A DNA stretch of 37,056 nucleotides from Candidatus Sericytochromatia bacterium (lineage in GTDB: Bacteria; Cyanobacteriota; Sericytochromatia; S15B-MN24; JAQBPE01). A program made the translations under genes and the position numbers. The stretch covers positions 1 through 37,056 of the forward strand of contig JAYKHR010000132.1 in NCBI GenBank assembly GCA_035285125.1. The letters run 5' to 3'. Shown here one piece after another: positions 1 to 8,384 of this stretch (positions are counted from its first letter, which is position 1; every line of letters starts with the position of its first letter). The notes under the pieces were generated by a model. That model worked only from the letters and a program-made list of their open reading frames with translations, did no database searches and was not told where the DNA came from.

Positions 1-1886
1 CAGCCCACCCGCAGCCGCGTGCCGGGCCCGGCCCCGAGCACCGCCTCGTTCACGACAGGCAGCAACTCGGCCTGGACGAAGTTGCGGATGGCACGGCCGC
101 CCAGCTGGCAGACCTCCGGCCGGCGCATGTGGGCCTGGATGGCGGCCACCACGGCGCGGTCGAAGGCCACCGTCACACCGTGCAGCTCGCGCGCCGAGGC
201 GGAGATGCCCCGCAGGAACTTGTCGGCGATCGCCGCGACGTGGGCCTCCCGCAGCATGTCGAAGACCACGACGTTGGCCTCGCCGATGCGGCCGAGCAGC
301 TCCGGGCGCCCGATCCCCACGAAGTGCGCCTGCACCGCCTCCCGGTAGTGGGCCTGCACCTGCTCGTAGCCCCAGCCGGGCTCCAGCGCCGGGCGCACCA
401 CGTCCCGCCCACCCACCTGCTCGCGGCGCGTGGAGCCGAGGTTGCTGGTGAAGACGAGCACGCTCTGGGCGAAGGAGACCGTCTCGCCGTGGCCGTCCGT
501 CAGGCGCCCGTCGTCCAGCACCTGCAGGAACCGGTCGAGCACGCGCGGGTGGGCCTTCTCGAGCTCGTCGAAGAGCACGACGCTGAAGGGCCGGGCCTTC
601 ATCCAGTTCGTCAGCTGCCCGCCGGCGTCGTGGCCGACGTAGCCGGGCGGCGCCCCCACCAGGCGATCGGCCGTGTGTTCCTGGCCGTACTCGCTCATGT
701 CGAAGCGCGCGAAGGCCGTGGGGTCCTTGAAGATCAGCTCCGTGAGGGCCTTCGCGAGCTCCGTCTTGCCCACGCCCGTGGGGCCCACGAACAGCAACAC
801 CCCCTTGGGCCGCGCCGAGGCGCGCCCGGCGCCCTCGAGTTGCACGCCGCCGCGCGCCGACACGAGCACGCGCCGGACGGCCTCCACCGCCGCCTCCTGC
901 CCGATCACCGAGGCCCCCAGCGTTGCGGTGGCCTGCCGCAAGGTGGTGACCTCGACCTCGGCCCAGGGGTCCTCCCGGCGGCCGTGGCGGAAGAAGTCCA
1001 CCAGGCGGCGCGCCTCGCCGACGGGCAGGCCGTCGTGGTGGGAGGCCAGCCGCAGCGCCTCCAGGTCGCGGGTCGTGAGCCCGTCCGTCAGCGTCGCCAG
1101 CTCCGCCAACAGCCCGGGCGCCGGCCTCTCCCCGGGCTTGACGCCGTGGAACTGCCGGAACTGCTGCCGGAAGAACTCCCGGCGCTCCGCGAGGCCCGGT
1201 CGCTCGACGCAAATCGTCACCAGCTGCGGGTTGTCACGGTGCAGCCACCCCGGCAGGAGGGCGAGGTTCGCCGCCACCAGCACCAACGCGTGGCGCCTGC
1301 CGTCCGGGCCGCGTCGGGCTCGCACGGCTTGCGCCTCGCCAAGGGCCTGATCCAGCAGCACCTGCAACCCGCGGTCGTCCGACGGGTGGAAGTTGCCGGG
1401 GTTGAACAGGCGGTCCGCGCCCTCGAGCACGGCCGCCATCGGCTCGGCCCTGGCCACGCCGACGGCCTTGCGCAGCAGCGGCAGGGCCACGGCGAGATCG
1501 CCCAAGTAAGGCGTCCCTGCGGCGTCCGCGTCGATCCCGCCGACGCGGGCCTCGAAGCGGCGGCGCGCCGCCCTGGGATCGTCCCCGGCGAACACCAGCC
1601 CGTCGGAGGTGTTGTAGCGACACCGCAGCGTGTAGCCCAGGGCCCCCAGCACGGCGTCCAGGACCTCCGGGAAGGTCTTGCAGGCCCCCCCGAACGACAC
1701 GAGGTCCCGGACGTTGCCGTGAAGCAGCACGTGCTTTCCGCGGGCAAGCTGCCGCACCAGCGCCACCACCCACCGGGCGGAGGCCTCCTCGGGCAGAGGC
1801 CTGCGCCGCCCCCCCGTGAAGGCCACCGCCACCCCCGGGCGGGCGCCGTCGCCCGGTTCCTGCTCCAGCCCGGCCGCCTTGCGCAT
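1..1886 (-). CDS. Clp/AAA+ family ATPase (ClpB D2-like C-terminal module, degenerate N-terminal module); 3' end runs off the window
   Basis: Manual translation from ATG 1886 (SD GGAGGAGG upstream) stays open to position 1. It contains VIGQEAAV, Walker A GPTGVGKTELAKAL, RFDMSEY, LVGAPPGYVG, Walker B VVLFDELEKAHP, LQVLDDGRLTD, FTSNLG and RPELLGR. It is absent from the ORF track because there is no stop codon inside the window. Confidence 0.9.
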   Translation of the reverse strand, partial: MRKAAGLEQEPGDGARPGVAVAFTGGRRRPLPEEASARWVVALVRQLARGKHVLLHGNVRDLVSFGGACKTFPEVLDAVLGALGYTLRCRYNTSDGLVFAGDDPRAARRRFEARVGGIDADAAGTPYLGDLAVALPLLRKAVGVARAEPMAAVLEGADRLFNPGNFHPSDDRGLQVLLDQALGEAQAVRARRGPDGRRHALVLVAANLALLPGWLHRDNPQLVTICVERPGLAERREFFRQQFRQFHGVKPGERPAPGLLAELATLTDGLTTRDLEALRLASHHDGLPVGEARRLVDFFRHGRREDPWAEVEVTTLRQATATLGASVIGQEAAVEAVRRVLVSARGGVQLEGAGRASARPKGVLLFVGPTGVGKTELAKALTELIFKDPTAFARFDMSEYGQEHTADRLVGAPPGYVGHDAGGQLTNWMKARPFSVVLFDELEKAHPRVLDRFLQVLDDGRLTDGHGETVSFAQSVLVFTSNLGSTRREQVGGRDVVRPALEPGWGYEQVQAHYREAVQAHFVGIGRPELLGRIGEANVVVFDMLREAHVAAIADKFLRGISASARELHGVTVAFDRAVVAAIQAHMRRPEVCQLGGRAIRNFVQAELLPVVNEAVLGAGPGTRLRVG

Positions 1887-2132
1887 CGTGCACCTCCTCC
1901 ACCGCCAAGTGCCCACGTGGACACAGGAGGCATCCCGGCCGCCAGGCGGAAGGCAAGGCCCCTGGCAGGGACGGGAGGGCGTGGCCTGGTTGCCTGGAGA
2001 GGCAGCCAAGCCACGGTGGAGGGAAAGGCAGCCAAGGCCCAGGGCAGTAACGAGGAGGGAAAGGCCCGGTGCAGGGCAGCCAGCGCCGGGTACAGGATCA
2101 GTGGCGCGGAAGATTAGACAGGAGGGCTCCCC

Positions 2133-2597
2133 ATGGCTGACATCACGACAAGCGCAGCGGCCCCGGCCACGGGATCCTTCCCCACCCAGAAACCGCTGGC
2201 AGCGAAGCCCGAAGAGGCCCCCCAGGCCCCCAAGATGGGGACGGACACCCTCGCGCTGGCGGGCGCCCCGCGCGCCGACGAGCACCAGTACTTCGGCCAC
2301 CAGCCCCGCGTCACCCTGTCGTGGGTCATGAAGCAGCCCCTCTGGGCCGACGACCGCAGCGCCATCAAGGCCGATCAGTGGGCCAAGATGCCCGAGAGCC
2401 AGCGCCAGGATATCCTCGCGATGATGCCCCACGACGCAGCCCGCAGCCAGTTCCTCAGCGGCATGGACCCCAACGTGGCCGCAGCCAGGGAGCAGATGAA
2501 GGACCTCGCCAAGCGCGCCATCTCGAAGATCAACGAGCTGGCCGAGCGCGAGCGGGAGAAGCGGGCGGCGGAGGCGGGCAAAACGCCTCCACAGTGA
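2133..2597 (+). CDS. hypothetical protein (154 aa)
   Basis: SD AGGAGG upstream of ATG, high-GC3 codon usage, low-complexity N-terminus and helical C-terminus; no family recognised. Confidence 0.8.
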   Translation: MADITTSAAAPATGSFPTQKPLAAKPEEAPQAPKMGTDTLALAGAPRADEHQYFGHQPRVTLSWVMKQPLWADDRSAIKADQWAKMPESQRQDILAMMPHDAARSQFLSGMDPNVAAAREQMKDLAKRAISKINELAEREREKRAAEAGKTPPQ

Positions 2598-2609
2598 GGT
2601 GTTGACCCC

Positions 2610-3893
2610 TCACCCCCGCCCCAACGCCCGCACCAGCGCCGCCCGCGCCGTCGCCAGGTTGAACCGCTCCTGGATCCCCTGCGCCCGGGCGCTGGCGTGC
2701 GCAAGCTGCGCGTCGCCGAGCTCGAGGATGGACCCCACGCCCGCCGCGTAGCGCCCCTCGGCCAGCTGGAGCTGCCGCCAGGCGGCCTGCGTGGCCGCGT
2801 CGGCCGCCTGGGTGGCCGCCCGGGCCGTCGCCACGCGCAGCTGCGCCTGCTCCACCCCCAGCCGCACCTGCTGTCGCAGGCCCTCGGCCTCAGCGCGCAC
2901 GGCCTCCAGCGCCGCCAGCGCGGCCTCGGCCTGGGCCTCGCGCTGGCCGCTGGTGTAGAGCGGCCAGCTCAGGCCGACGCCGAGGCTCCAGAAGTTGTTG
3001 GGCGTGCCGACGGGCGAGCCGTTGGTGCCCGCCCCCGCGCTGGCCCGCACGCCGGGCAGGGTGGCGCGCTCGGCGGCCTCCGCCGTCAGCGCCTGCGCCT
3101 GCACGCGGGCCTCCAGCGCCGCCACGTCGGGCCGCCGGGCGATCGCTTCGGCCACCAGCGTATCCAGCGGCCGCCCTTCGCCCGTCACCGGCGGCATCGA
3201 GGCCGCCGCCAGCCGGAACCCGGCCGCCGGAGGACGCCCCATCGCCTGCGCCAGCTGGGCGCGCGCAAGCTGCAACCCGCTCTCGGCGTTGAGCAGGTCC
3301 AGCCGCGCCCGGGCCAGGTCCCGCGTGGCCTGCGCGAGCTCGATCGGGGCCCGCGAGCCCACCTCCACCAGGCTGCGCACGCGCCCCTCGTGCCGCTGGC
3401 GGTTGGCGACGGTGTCGCGCGCCACGCCGAGCAGGGCCTCGCTGGCCTGGGCCGCGAAGTAGGCCGTGCGCACCTGCAACACCACGTCCTGCTCCGTGCC
3501 GGCGACGCCCAGGGCTGAGGCCTCGGCCTGGCTGGCCGAGGCCTCCGCCCGGCGCCAGCCCTGCCCGAAGTCCCAGACCAGCTGGTCCGCGTTGAGGCCG
3601 GCGGCGTAGGTGCCGAGGTTCGTCACGGGCACGCCGACCTGGTTCACGTTCTGCCGCGCCGGGCCGAGCTGGTAGCTGGTGGCGATCGAGAGCTGCGGGC
3701 CGAGCGCGCCCTGGGCCTGGCGCACGCCCGCCCGCGCGCCGGCGAGCTCCGCGCGGGCCCTGGCCACCTGGGGCTGGTGGGCGAGGGCCGTCTCCACGGC
3801 CTGCTCCAGCGTCAGCGTGGGGGCGGGCGCGGCCAGCGCAGGGGCCGGCGCCAGCAGGGCAGCAGCAAGGGGCAGGGCGGCCAGCGCACGCAT
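2610..3893 (-). CDS. TolC-family outer membrane efflux protein
   Basis: Signal peptide, LTLEQAVETAL, two OEP-like halves, RYAAGVGSILEL. The start overlaps the permease stop (TGATG). Confidence 0.92.
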   Translation of the reverse strand: MRALAALPLAAALLAPAPALAAPAPTLTLEQAVETALAHQPQVARARAELAGARAGVRQAQGALGPQLSIATSYQLGPARQNVNQVGVPVTNLGTYAAGLNADQLVWDFGQGWRRAEASASQAEASALGVAGTEQDVVLQVRTAYFAAQASEALLGVARDTVANRQRHEGRVRSLVEVGSRAPIELAQATRDLARARLDLLNAESGLQLARAQLAQAMGRPPAAGFRLAAASMPPVTGEGRPLDTLVAEAIARRPDVAALEARVQAQALTAEAAERATLPGVRASAGAGTNGSPVGTPNNFWSLGVGLSWPLYTSGQREAQAEAALAALEAVRAEAEGLRQQVRLGVEQAQLRVATARAATQAADAATQAAWRQLQLAEGRYAAGVGSILELGDAQLAHASARAQGIQERFNLATARAALVRALGRG

Positions 3894-5125
3894 CACTCGA
3901 ACCTCAGGGCGTCGATGGGCTTGAGGCGGGAGGCCTTGAGGGCGGGGTAGAGCCCGAACGCCACCCCCACCGCGGCCGCAAAGGCAATCGCCAGGGCCGC
4001 CACCCCGGGCGAGAAGGTCACGGGCCAGCCGAACTTGGCGCCGAGGGCCTCTCCGATGCCGAAGCCCACGCCGAGGCCGGCGAACCCGCCGATGGCCGAC
4101 AGCACCACGGCCTCGATCAGGAACTGCTGCAGGATGTGCGCCGGCCGGGCGCCCAGGGCCATCCGGAGGCCGATCTCGCGCGTCCGCTCCGTCACGGACA
4201 CCAGCATGATGTTCATGATGCCGATGCCGCCCACCAGCAGGCTGACGGCCGCGATGCTCGCGAGCAGCAGCGTGAAGGTGCGCGAGCCCTCCTGGCTGGC
4301 AGCCGCGTACTCGGAGAGGTTCCGGATCGAGAAGTCGTCATCCTCGCCCGGCGGCAGCCGGTGGCGGTCGCGCAGCAGGGCCGTGACGGCCGCCTCCGTG
4401 CGCGCCATCGCGTCCGCCGAGCGGGCCTGCACCAGCACGCTGCCCCCCACGAAGCGGCCTGAGCCGCCCTGGATGCGCGTCAGGAAGGTGGTGGAGGGCA
4501 CCACCACGACGTCGTCCTGGTCCTGCCCGATGGCCGACTGGCCCTTCGGCGCCAGCAGCCCCACCACGCGGAAGGGCACGTTGCGGATCATCACGGTCTG
4601 GCCGACGGGGTCGTAGCCCCCGCCGAACAGCGCATCTGCCACGACGGCACCCAGCACCGCCACGGCGGCCCGGCCCTCGACCTCGGCGTCGGTGAAGAAG
4701 GCCCCCGACTGGAGGCGCCAGTTCCGGATGGCGAAGAAGGCCTCGTTGGCGCCCGTGACCGTCGTGGCCCAGTTCTGGCCCTGGCACACCACCTGCGCCC
4801 CGGCCCGCAGCTGCGGCGAGGTGGCGGCCACGCCCGGGATCTCGCGCTTCAGGGCCCGGACGTCGTCCCATGTGAGCGTCGAGGCAGATCCCGCGCCACC
4901 CCGTACGCCCGAGCTCGAGGAGGGGGCGCCCGGCACCAGCACCATCAGGTTCGAGCCCATCGTCGCGAACTGGGCCTGCACCTGGGCCTTGGCGCCCTCA
5001 CCGATCGCCACCATCGCAATCACGGCGGCCACCCCGATGATCACGCCGAGCACGGTCAGGAACGACCGCAGCTTGTTACGCAGCAGGGCCTTGAGGGCGA
5101 TGCGGACGGTCTGCCAGATCGTCAT
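3893..5125 (-). CDS. MacB/FtsX-like ABC transporter permease
   Basis: RNKLRSFLTVLGVIIGV, GGIGIMNIMLVSVTERTREIGLRMALGA, C-terminal PIDALRFE. Confidence 0.95.
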   Translation of the reverse strand: MTIWQTVRIALKALLRNKLRSFLTVLGVIIGVAAVIAMVAIGEGAKAQVQAQFATMGSNLMVLVPGAPSSSSGVRGGAGSASTLTWDDVRALKREIPGVAATSPQLRAGAQVVCQGQNWATTVTGANEAFFAIRNWRLQSGAFFTDAEVEGRAAVAVLGAVVADALFGGGYDPVGQTVMIRNVPFRVVGLLAPKGQSAIGQDQDDVVVVPSTTFLTRIQGGSGRFVGGSVLVQARSADAMARTEAAVTALLRDRHRLPPGEDDDFSIRNLSEYAAASQEGSRTFTLLLASIAAVSLLVGGIGIMNIMLVSVTERTREIGLRMALGARPAHILQQFLIEAVVLSAIGGFAGLGVGFGIGEALGAKFGWPVTFSPGVAALAIAFAAAVGVAFGLYPALKASRLKPIDALRFE

Positions 5126-5844
5126 GCGGCCCCCCCCGGCTGGCCCAGCTCACGCGGCGCCTGGCGCTCGTCGGAGGCGATGCGGCCGTCGCGCATCACG
5201 ATGACGCGGCCGGCGCAGGCCGCGATGTCGGCCTCGTGGGTCACCATCACCAGGGTGATGCCGCTGCGCCAGAGCGCCTGGAACAGCGCCATGATCTCGA
5301 CAGAGGTGCGCGAGTCGAGCGCCCCGGTGGGCTCGTCCGCGACGATCAGCCGGGGGCGCGTCACCAGCGCCCGGGCGATCGCCACCCGCTGCTGCTGCCC
5401 GCCCGAAAGCTGGTTGGGGTGGTGGTGGGCCCGCGCGGCGAGGCCGACGCGCTCCAGGGCCTCCAGCGCCCGCGCGAGGCGCGCCCGGGCCGGCACCCCG
5501 GCGTAGACCAGGGGCAGCTCGACGTTCTCGAGCGCCGAGGTGCGCGGCAGGAGGTTGAAGCTCTGGAACACGAAGCCGAGCGCCTGATTGCGCAGGTCTG
5601 CCAGGGCCGCGGCATCGAGGCGAGAGACGTCGCGCCCCGCGAGCTCGAAGCGCCCTCCGTCGGGCTGATCGAGGCAGCCGATGACGTTCATCAGCGTGCT
5701 CTTGCCAGAGCCCGAGGCGCCCATCACCGCGACGAACTCCCCCTCGGCGATCGTCAGCGAGACGTCGTCGAGGGCGCGCACCATCGAGTCCCCCGCGCCA
5801 TAGGCGCGACGCAGGTTGCTGAGTTGCAGGAGGGCGGCTGTCAT
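5122..5844 (-). CDS. ABC transporter ATP-binding protein (MacB/LolD-like)
   Basis: Walker A GASGSGKST, signature LSGGQQQRVAIARAL, Walker B IVADEPTGALD, VTH. Start chosen at ATG 5844 (MTAALL). Confidence 0.95.
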   Translation of the reverse strand: MTAALLQLSNLRRAYGAGDSMVRALDDVSLTIAEGEFVAVMGASGSGKSTLMNVIGCLDQPDGGRFELAGRDVSRLDAAALADLRNQALGFVFQSFNLLPRTSALENVELPLVYAGVPARARLARALEALERVGLAARAHHHPNQLSGGQQQRVAIARALVTRPRLIVADEPTGALDSRTSVEIMALFQALWRSGITLVMVTHEADIAACAGRVIVMRDGRIASDERQAPRELGQPGGAA

Positions 5845-5851
5845 GAAAGCG

Positions 5852-7063
5852 TCAGAGCCGCATGCGCGGCCCGCCGGAGCGCCCGGGCCGGCCCGCCCCA
5901 CCCGCTGCGCCCCCGGCCGCCTCCGTGATCACGGCCTCGCCGGCTTGCAACTCGCCCGAGACGATCTCCGTCAGGCTGCCGTCCGTGATGCCGGTTTGAA
6001 CCGGGACGGCTGCCGGCTCGCCGCCGCGCAACACCCACACGCGCCGGCGCGTGGGATCCTCCGACAGCTTCTGGCGCCGGGAGCCCGCGGCCCCCTCGCC
6101 GCGACCTTCCCCGGCGGGGGTGAAGCGCAGCGCCGCGTTGGGCACGCGCAGGGCGGCCGGCCGCGAGGCCCAGGTGAAGGCGACGTTGGCCGTCATTCCG
6201 GGCCGCAGCTTGAGGGCGGCGTTGTCGACGTCGATCACGGCGTCGTAGGTGACGACGTTCTGCTCGGTGCGTGCCGCGTTGCGGACCTGGCGCACCTTGC
6301 CGAGGAAAGGCTCGCCCGGGTAGGCCGCCACCGTGAACTGGGCGGGCATGCCAGCCCGGATCTTGCCGACGTCGGCCTCCGAGATGGCCGCGAGCACCTG
6401 GGCCTTGCGCAGGTCCTGGGCGATCTGGAACAGCGTCGGGGCCTGGAGGGAGGCCGCCACCGTCTGGCCGACGTCCACGGACCTGGCGATCACCGTGCCC
6501 TCGATGGGGGAGGCGATCGTCGTGTAGGCCAGGTTGAGCCGCGCCTGGGCAGCCTGCGCGCCCGCCTGCGCCACCTGGGCGCGCGCGGCCTCGACCTGGG
6601 CCCGCGTGGCGTCCGCGCTGGCCTGGGCGGCGTCGAGGTCGGCCCGGGCGATCAGGCGGCGCCCCCACAGCGTCTGCGAGCGCGCCAGCTGCCGGGTGGC
6701 CTGCTCCGCGTCGATGCGGGCCCGCTCCAGGGCGCTGCGGGCCGACACCTCCGACGCCACGGCCCGGGCCAGCTCGGCCTCGAAGAGGCGGGGGTCGAGC
6801 CGGGCCAGCACCTGCCCCTTGCGAACGGTGTCGTTGAAGTCCACGAGCATGTCGGCGATGCGGCCGGAGACCTGGCTGCCGACCTGCACCGTGACCAGGG
6901 CAGAGACGGTGCCGGCCGCGGAGACCTTCGCCTCGAGGATCCCCCGATCGGCCACGGCCGTGGTGTAGGCGGGCTGGGGCTCACCGCCCGCGCGCGCCCA
7001 CCACAGGCCGGCCCCGCCGGCCAAGCCCAGGCTCAATGCCCCGATCCACACCCAACGTGCCAC
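5852..7063 (-). CDS. MacA-like efflux periplasmic adaptor (membrane fusion protein)
   Basis: N-terminal TM, VQVGSQVSGRI, TIASPIEGTVI, VGQTVAASLQAPTLF, LRPGMTA. GTG 7063 chosen as start; the upstream extension in the ORF track crosses a repeat-containing intergenic region. Confidence 0.92.
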   Translation of the reverse strand: MARWVWIGALSLGLAGGAGLWWARAGGEPQPAYTTAVADRGILEAKVSAAGTVSALVTVQVGSQVSGRIADMLVDFNDTVRKGQVLARLDPRLFEAELARAVASEVSARSALERARIDAEQATRQLARSQTLWGRRLIARADLDAAQASADATRAQVEAARAQVAQAGAQAAQARLNLAYTTIASPIEGTVIARSVDVGQTVAASLQAPTLFQIAQDLRKAQVLAAISEADVGKIRAGMPAQFTVAAYPGEPFLGKVRQVRNAARTEQNVVTYDAVIDVDNAALKLRPGMTANVAFTWASRPAALRVPNAALRFTPAGEGRGEGAAGSRRQKLSEDPTRRRVWVLRGGEPAAVPVQTGITDGSLTEIVSGELQAGEAVITEAAGGAAGGAGRPGRSGGPRMRL

Positions 7064-7256
7064 GCCGTCCTCGCCCCTCGTCCTGTCTGCGCCTGGTCTA
7101 TTCGACCCGGGTCTGGGGCTGCTGTCAAACGGCGGCGCCCGGGGGCGCGCCAGGCCCCCGTCGCGGCCCGCCCTGGCTCCGCGTTGCCCCGCCCCGGCTG
7201 GCGCGGGAACGCCCTGAAAGAGAGCTGGGCGCGACGATGCCTTCCCCACCTGGTGC

Positions 7257-7373
7257 GGCCGCCTCCGCCCGGGGTTGTCTTGCCAGCCCGAGGCCGGTGG
7301 GGCCACCTCCGCGTGGGGTTGTCTTGCCCGCCCGCGGTTGTTGGGGCCGCCTCCGCGCGCGGTTGTCGTGCCC
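7257..7373. repeat. degenerate 44-bp tandem repeat (~2.7 copies), intergenic
   Basis: Units start at 7257, 7301 and 7345: GGCCGCCTCCGCCCGGGGTTGTCTTGCC..., GGCCACCTCCGCGTGGGGTTGTCTTGCC..., GGCCGCCTCCGCGCGCGGTTGTCGTGCC. Confidence 0.85.
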
Positions 7374-7419
7374 ATGCAAGGACGGCACCAGGCCCCACAG
7401 GGTGCGGTAGACTGGTGGG

Positions 7420-8103
7420 ATGACCCAGCTGCCCGCCTCCCCGCCGCCCGATGGCCCCCGGCTCGCCTCGCTCCAGGTTGGGCTCCCCCGCGACCTCGGC
7501 AGCCCCGACGCCGCCGATCCACTCGACACGCCCTGGCGCTCCGGCATCTTCAAGGCGCCCGTCGCCGGGCCCGTCTGGCTCGGCCGCGAGAACCTGGCCG
7601 GGGACGGTCAGGCCGCACTTGCCTTCCACGGCGGGCCCGAGCGGGCGGTGCTCGCCTATGGCGCAGGCCACTACCCGGCCTGGCAGCTGGAGCTCGACAC
7701 ACCGGCCTTCCCCCCGGGGGCCTTCGGCGAGAACTTCACGGTGGCAGGCCTCGACGAAGGTTCCGTCTGCCTCGGCGACGTGTGGGCCGTCGGCGAGGCC
7801 TTGCTGCAGGTCTCGGAGCCCCGCCAGCCCTGCGCCAAGCTGGCCCGCAGGCTGCGGCGGCCGGACATCGTCGCCCTCGTGCAACGCACCGGGCGCACGG
7901 GCTGGTACATGCGGGTCTTGCAAGAGGGCCACGTGGCGGCGGGGCAGGCCGTGCGCGTGGCCTCACGGCCCCACCCCGACTGGCCGATGGCGCGCGTGAA
8001 TGCGGCCGTGCGCGAGCGCGCGGCCAGGCCCGACGAGGCGGCCTCGCTGGCCGCGGTCGAGGCGCTCTCGCCGGAGTGGCGAGCCAAGCTGCGGGGGGGC
8101 TGA
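7420..8103 (+). CDS. MOSC domain protein (YiiM-like, with 3-alpha tail)
   Basis: WRSGIFK, GDGQA...HGGPERAV, GAFGENFT, QVSEPRQPCAKL, TGWYMRVLQEG. Confidence 0.92.
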   Translation: MTQLPASPPPDGPRLASLQVGLPRDLGSPDAADPLDTPWRSGIFKAPVAGPVWLGRENLAGDGQAALAFHGGPERAVLAYGAGHYPAWQLELDTPAFPPGAFGENFTVAGLDEGSVCLGDVWAVGEALLQVSEPRQPCAKLARRLRRPDIVALVQRTGRTGWYMRVLQEGHVAAGQAVRVASRPHPDWPMARVNAAVRERAARPDEAASLAAVEALSPEWRAKLRGG

Positions 8104-8384
8104 CGCCCTGATTCCGCGGGCAACCCTCACCCGGCCCGCGGCCGCCCCCTCCTGGAGACAGAGGGAACGTGCACGCGCGTTCTCCCGGTGGTTGGCCTTG
8201 AGATGCGCTCCCCTCCCGCTGGCAGGTCCACGGCAACGGGGATGCGGGTGTGGCCGAATCAGGCTGATGGGGAACGCTGACGGCCCCGTGACAACAATCA
8301 CGCCCCAGCTGTGGGCGGTACCCGCCAGCCTGGCTGCCTGGTCGCCGAGAATCATGCCACCCCCGCATCCTCAGGAGGCCCCCG

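Noticed and set aside
129..2117. 662-aa plus-strand ORF
   Set aside because: Antisense shadow of the minus-strand Clp-like ATPase.
7257..7373. 44-bp repeats as a mini CRISPR array
   Set aside because: The 'spacers' are only 16 bp and resemble each other, the repeats are degenerate, and no cas gene is in the window.
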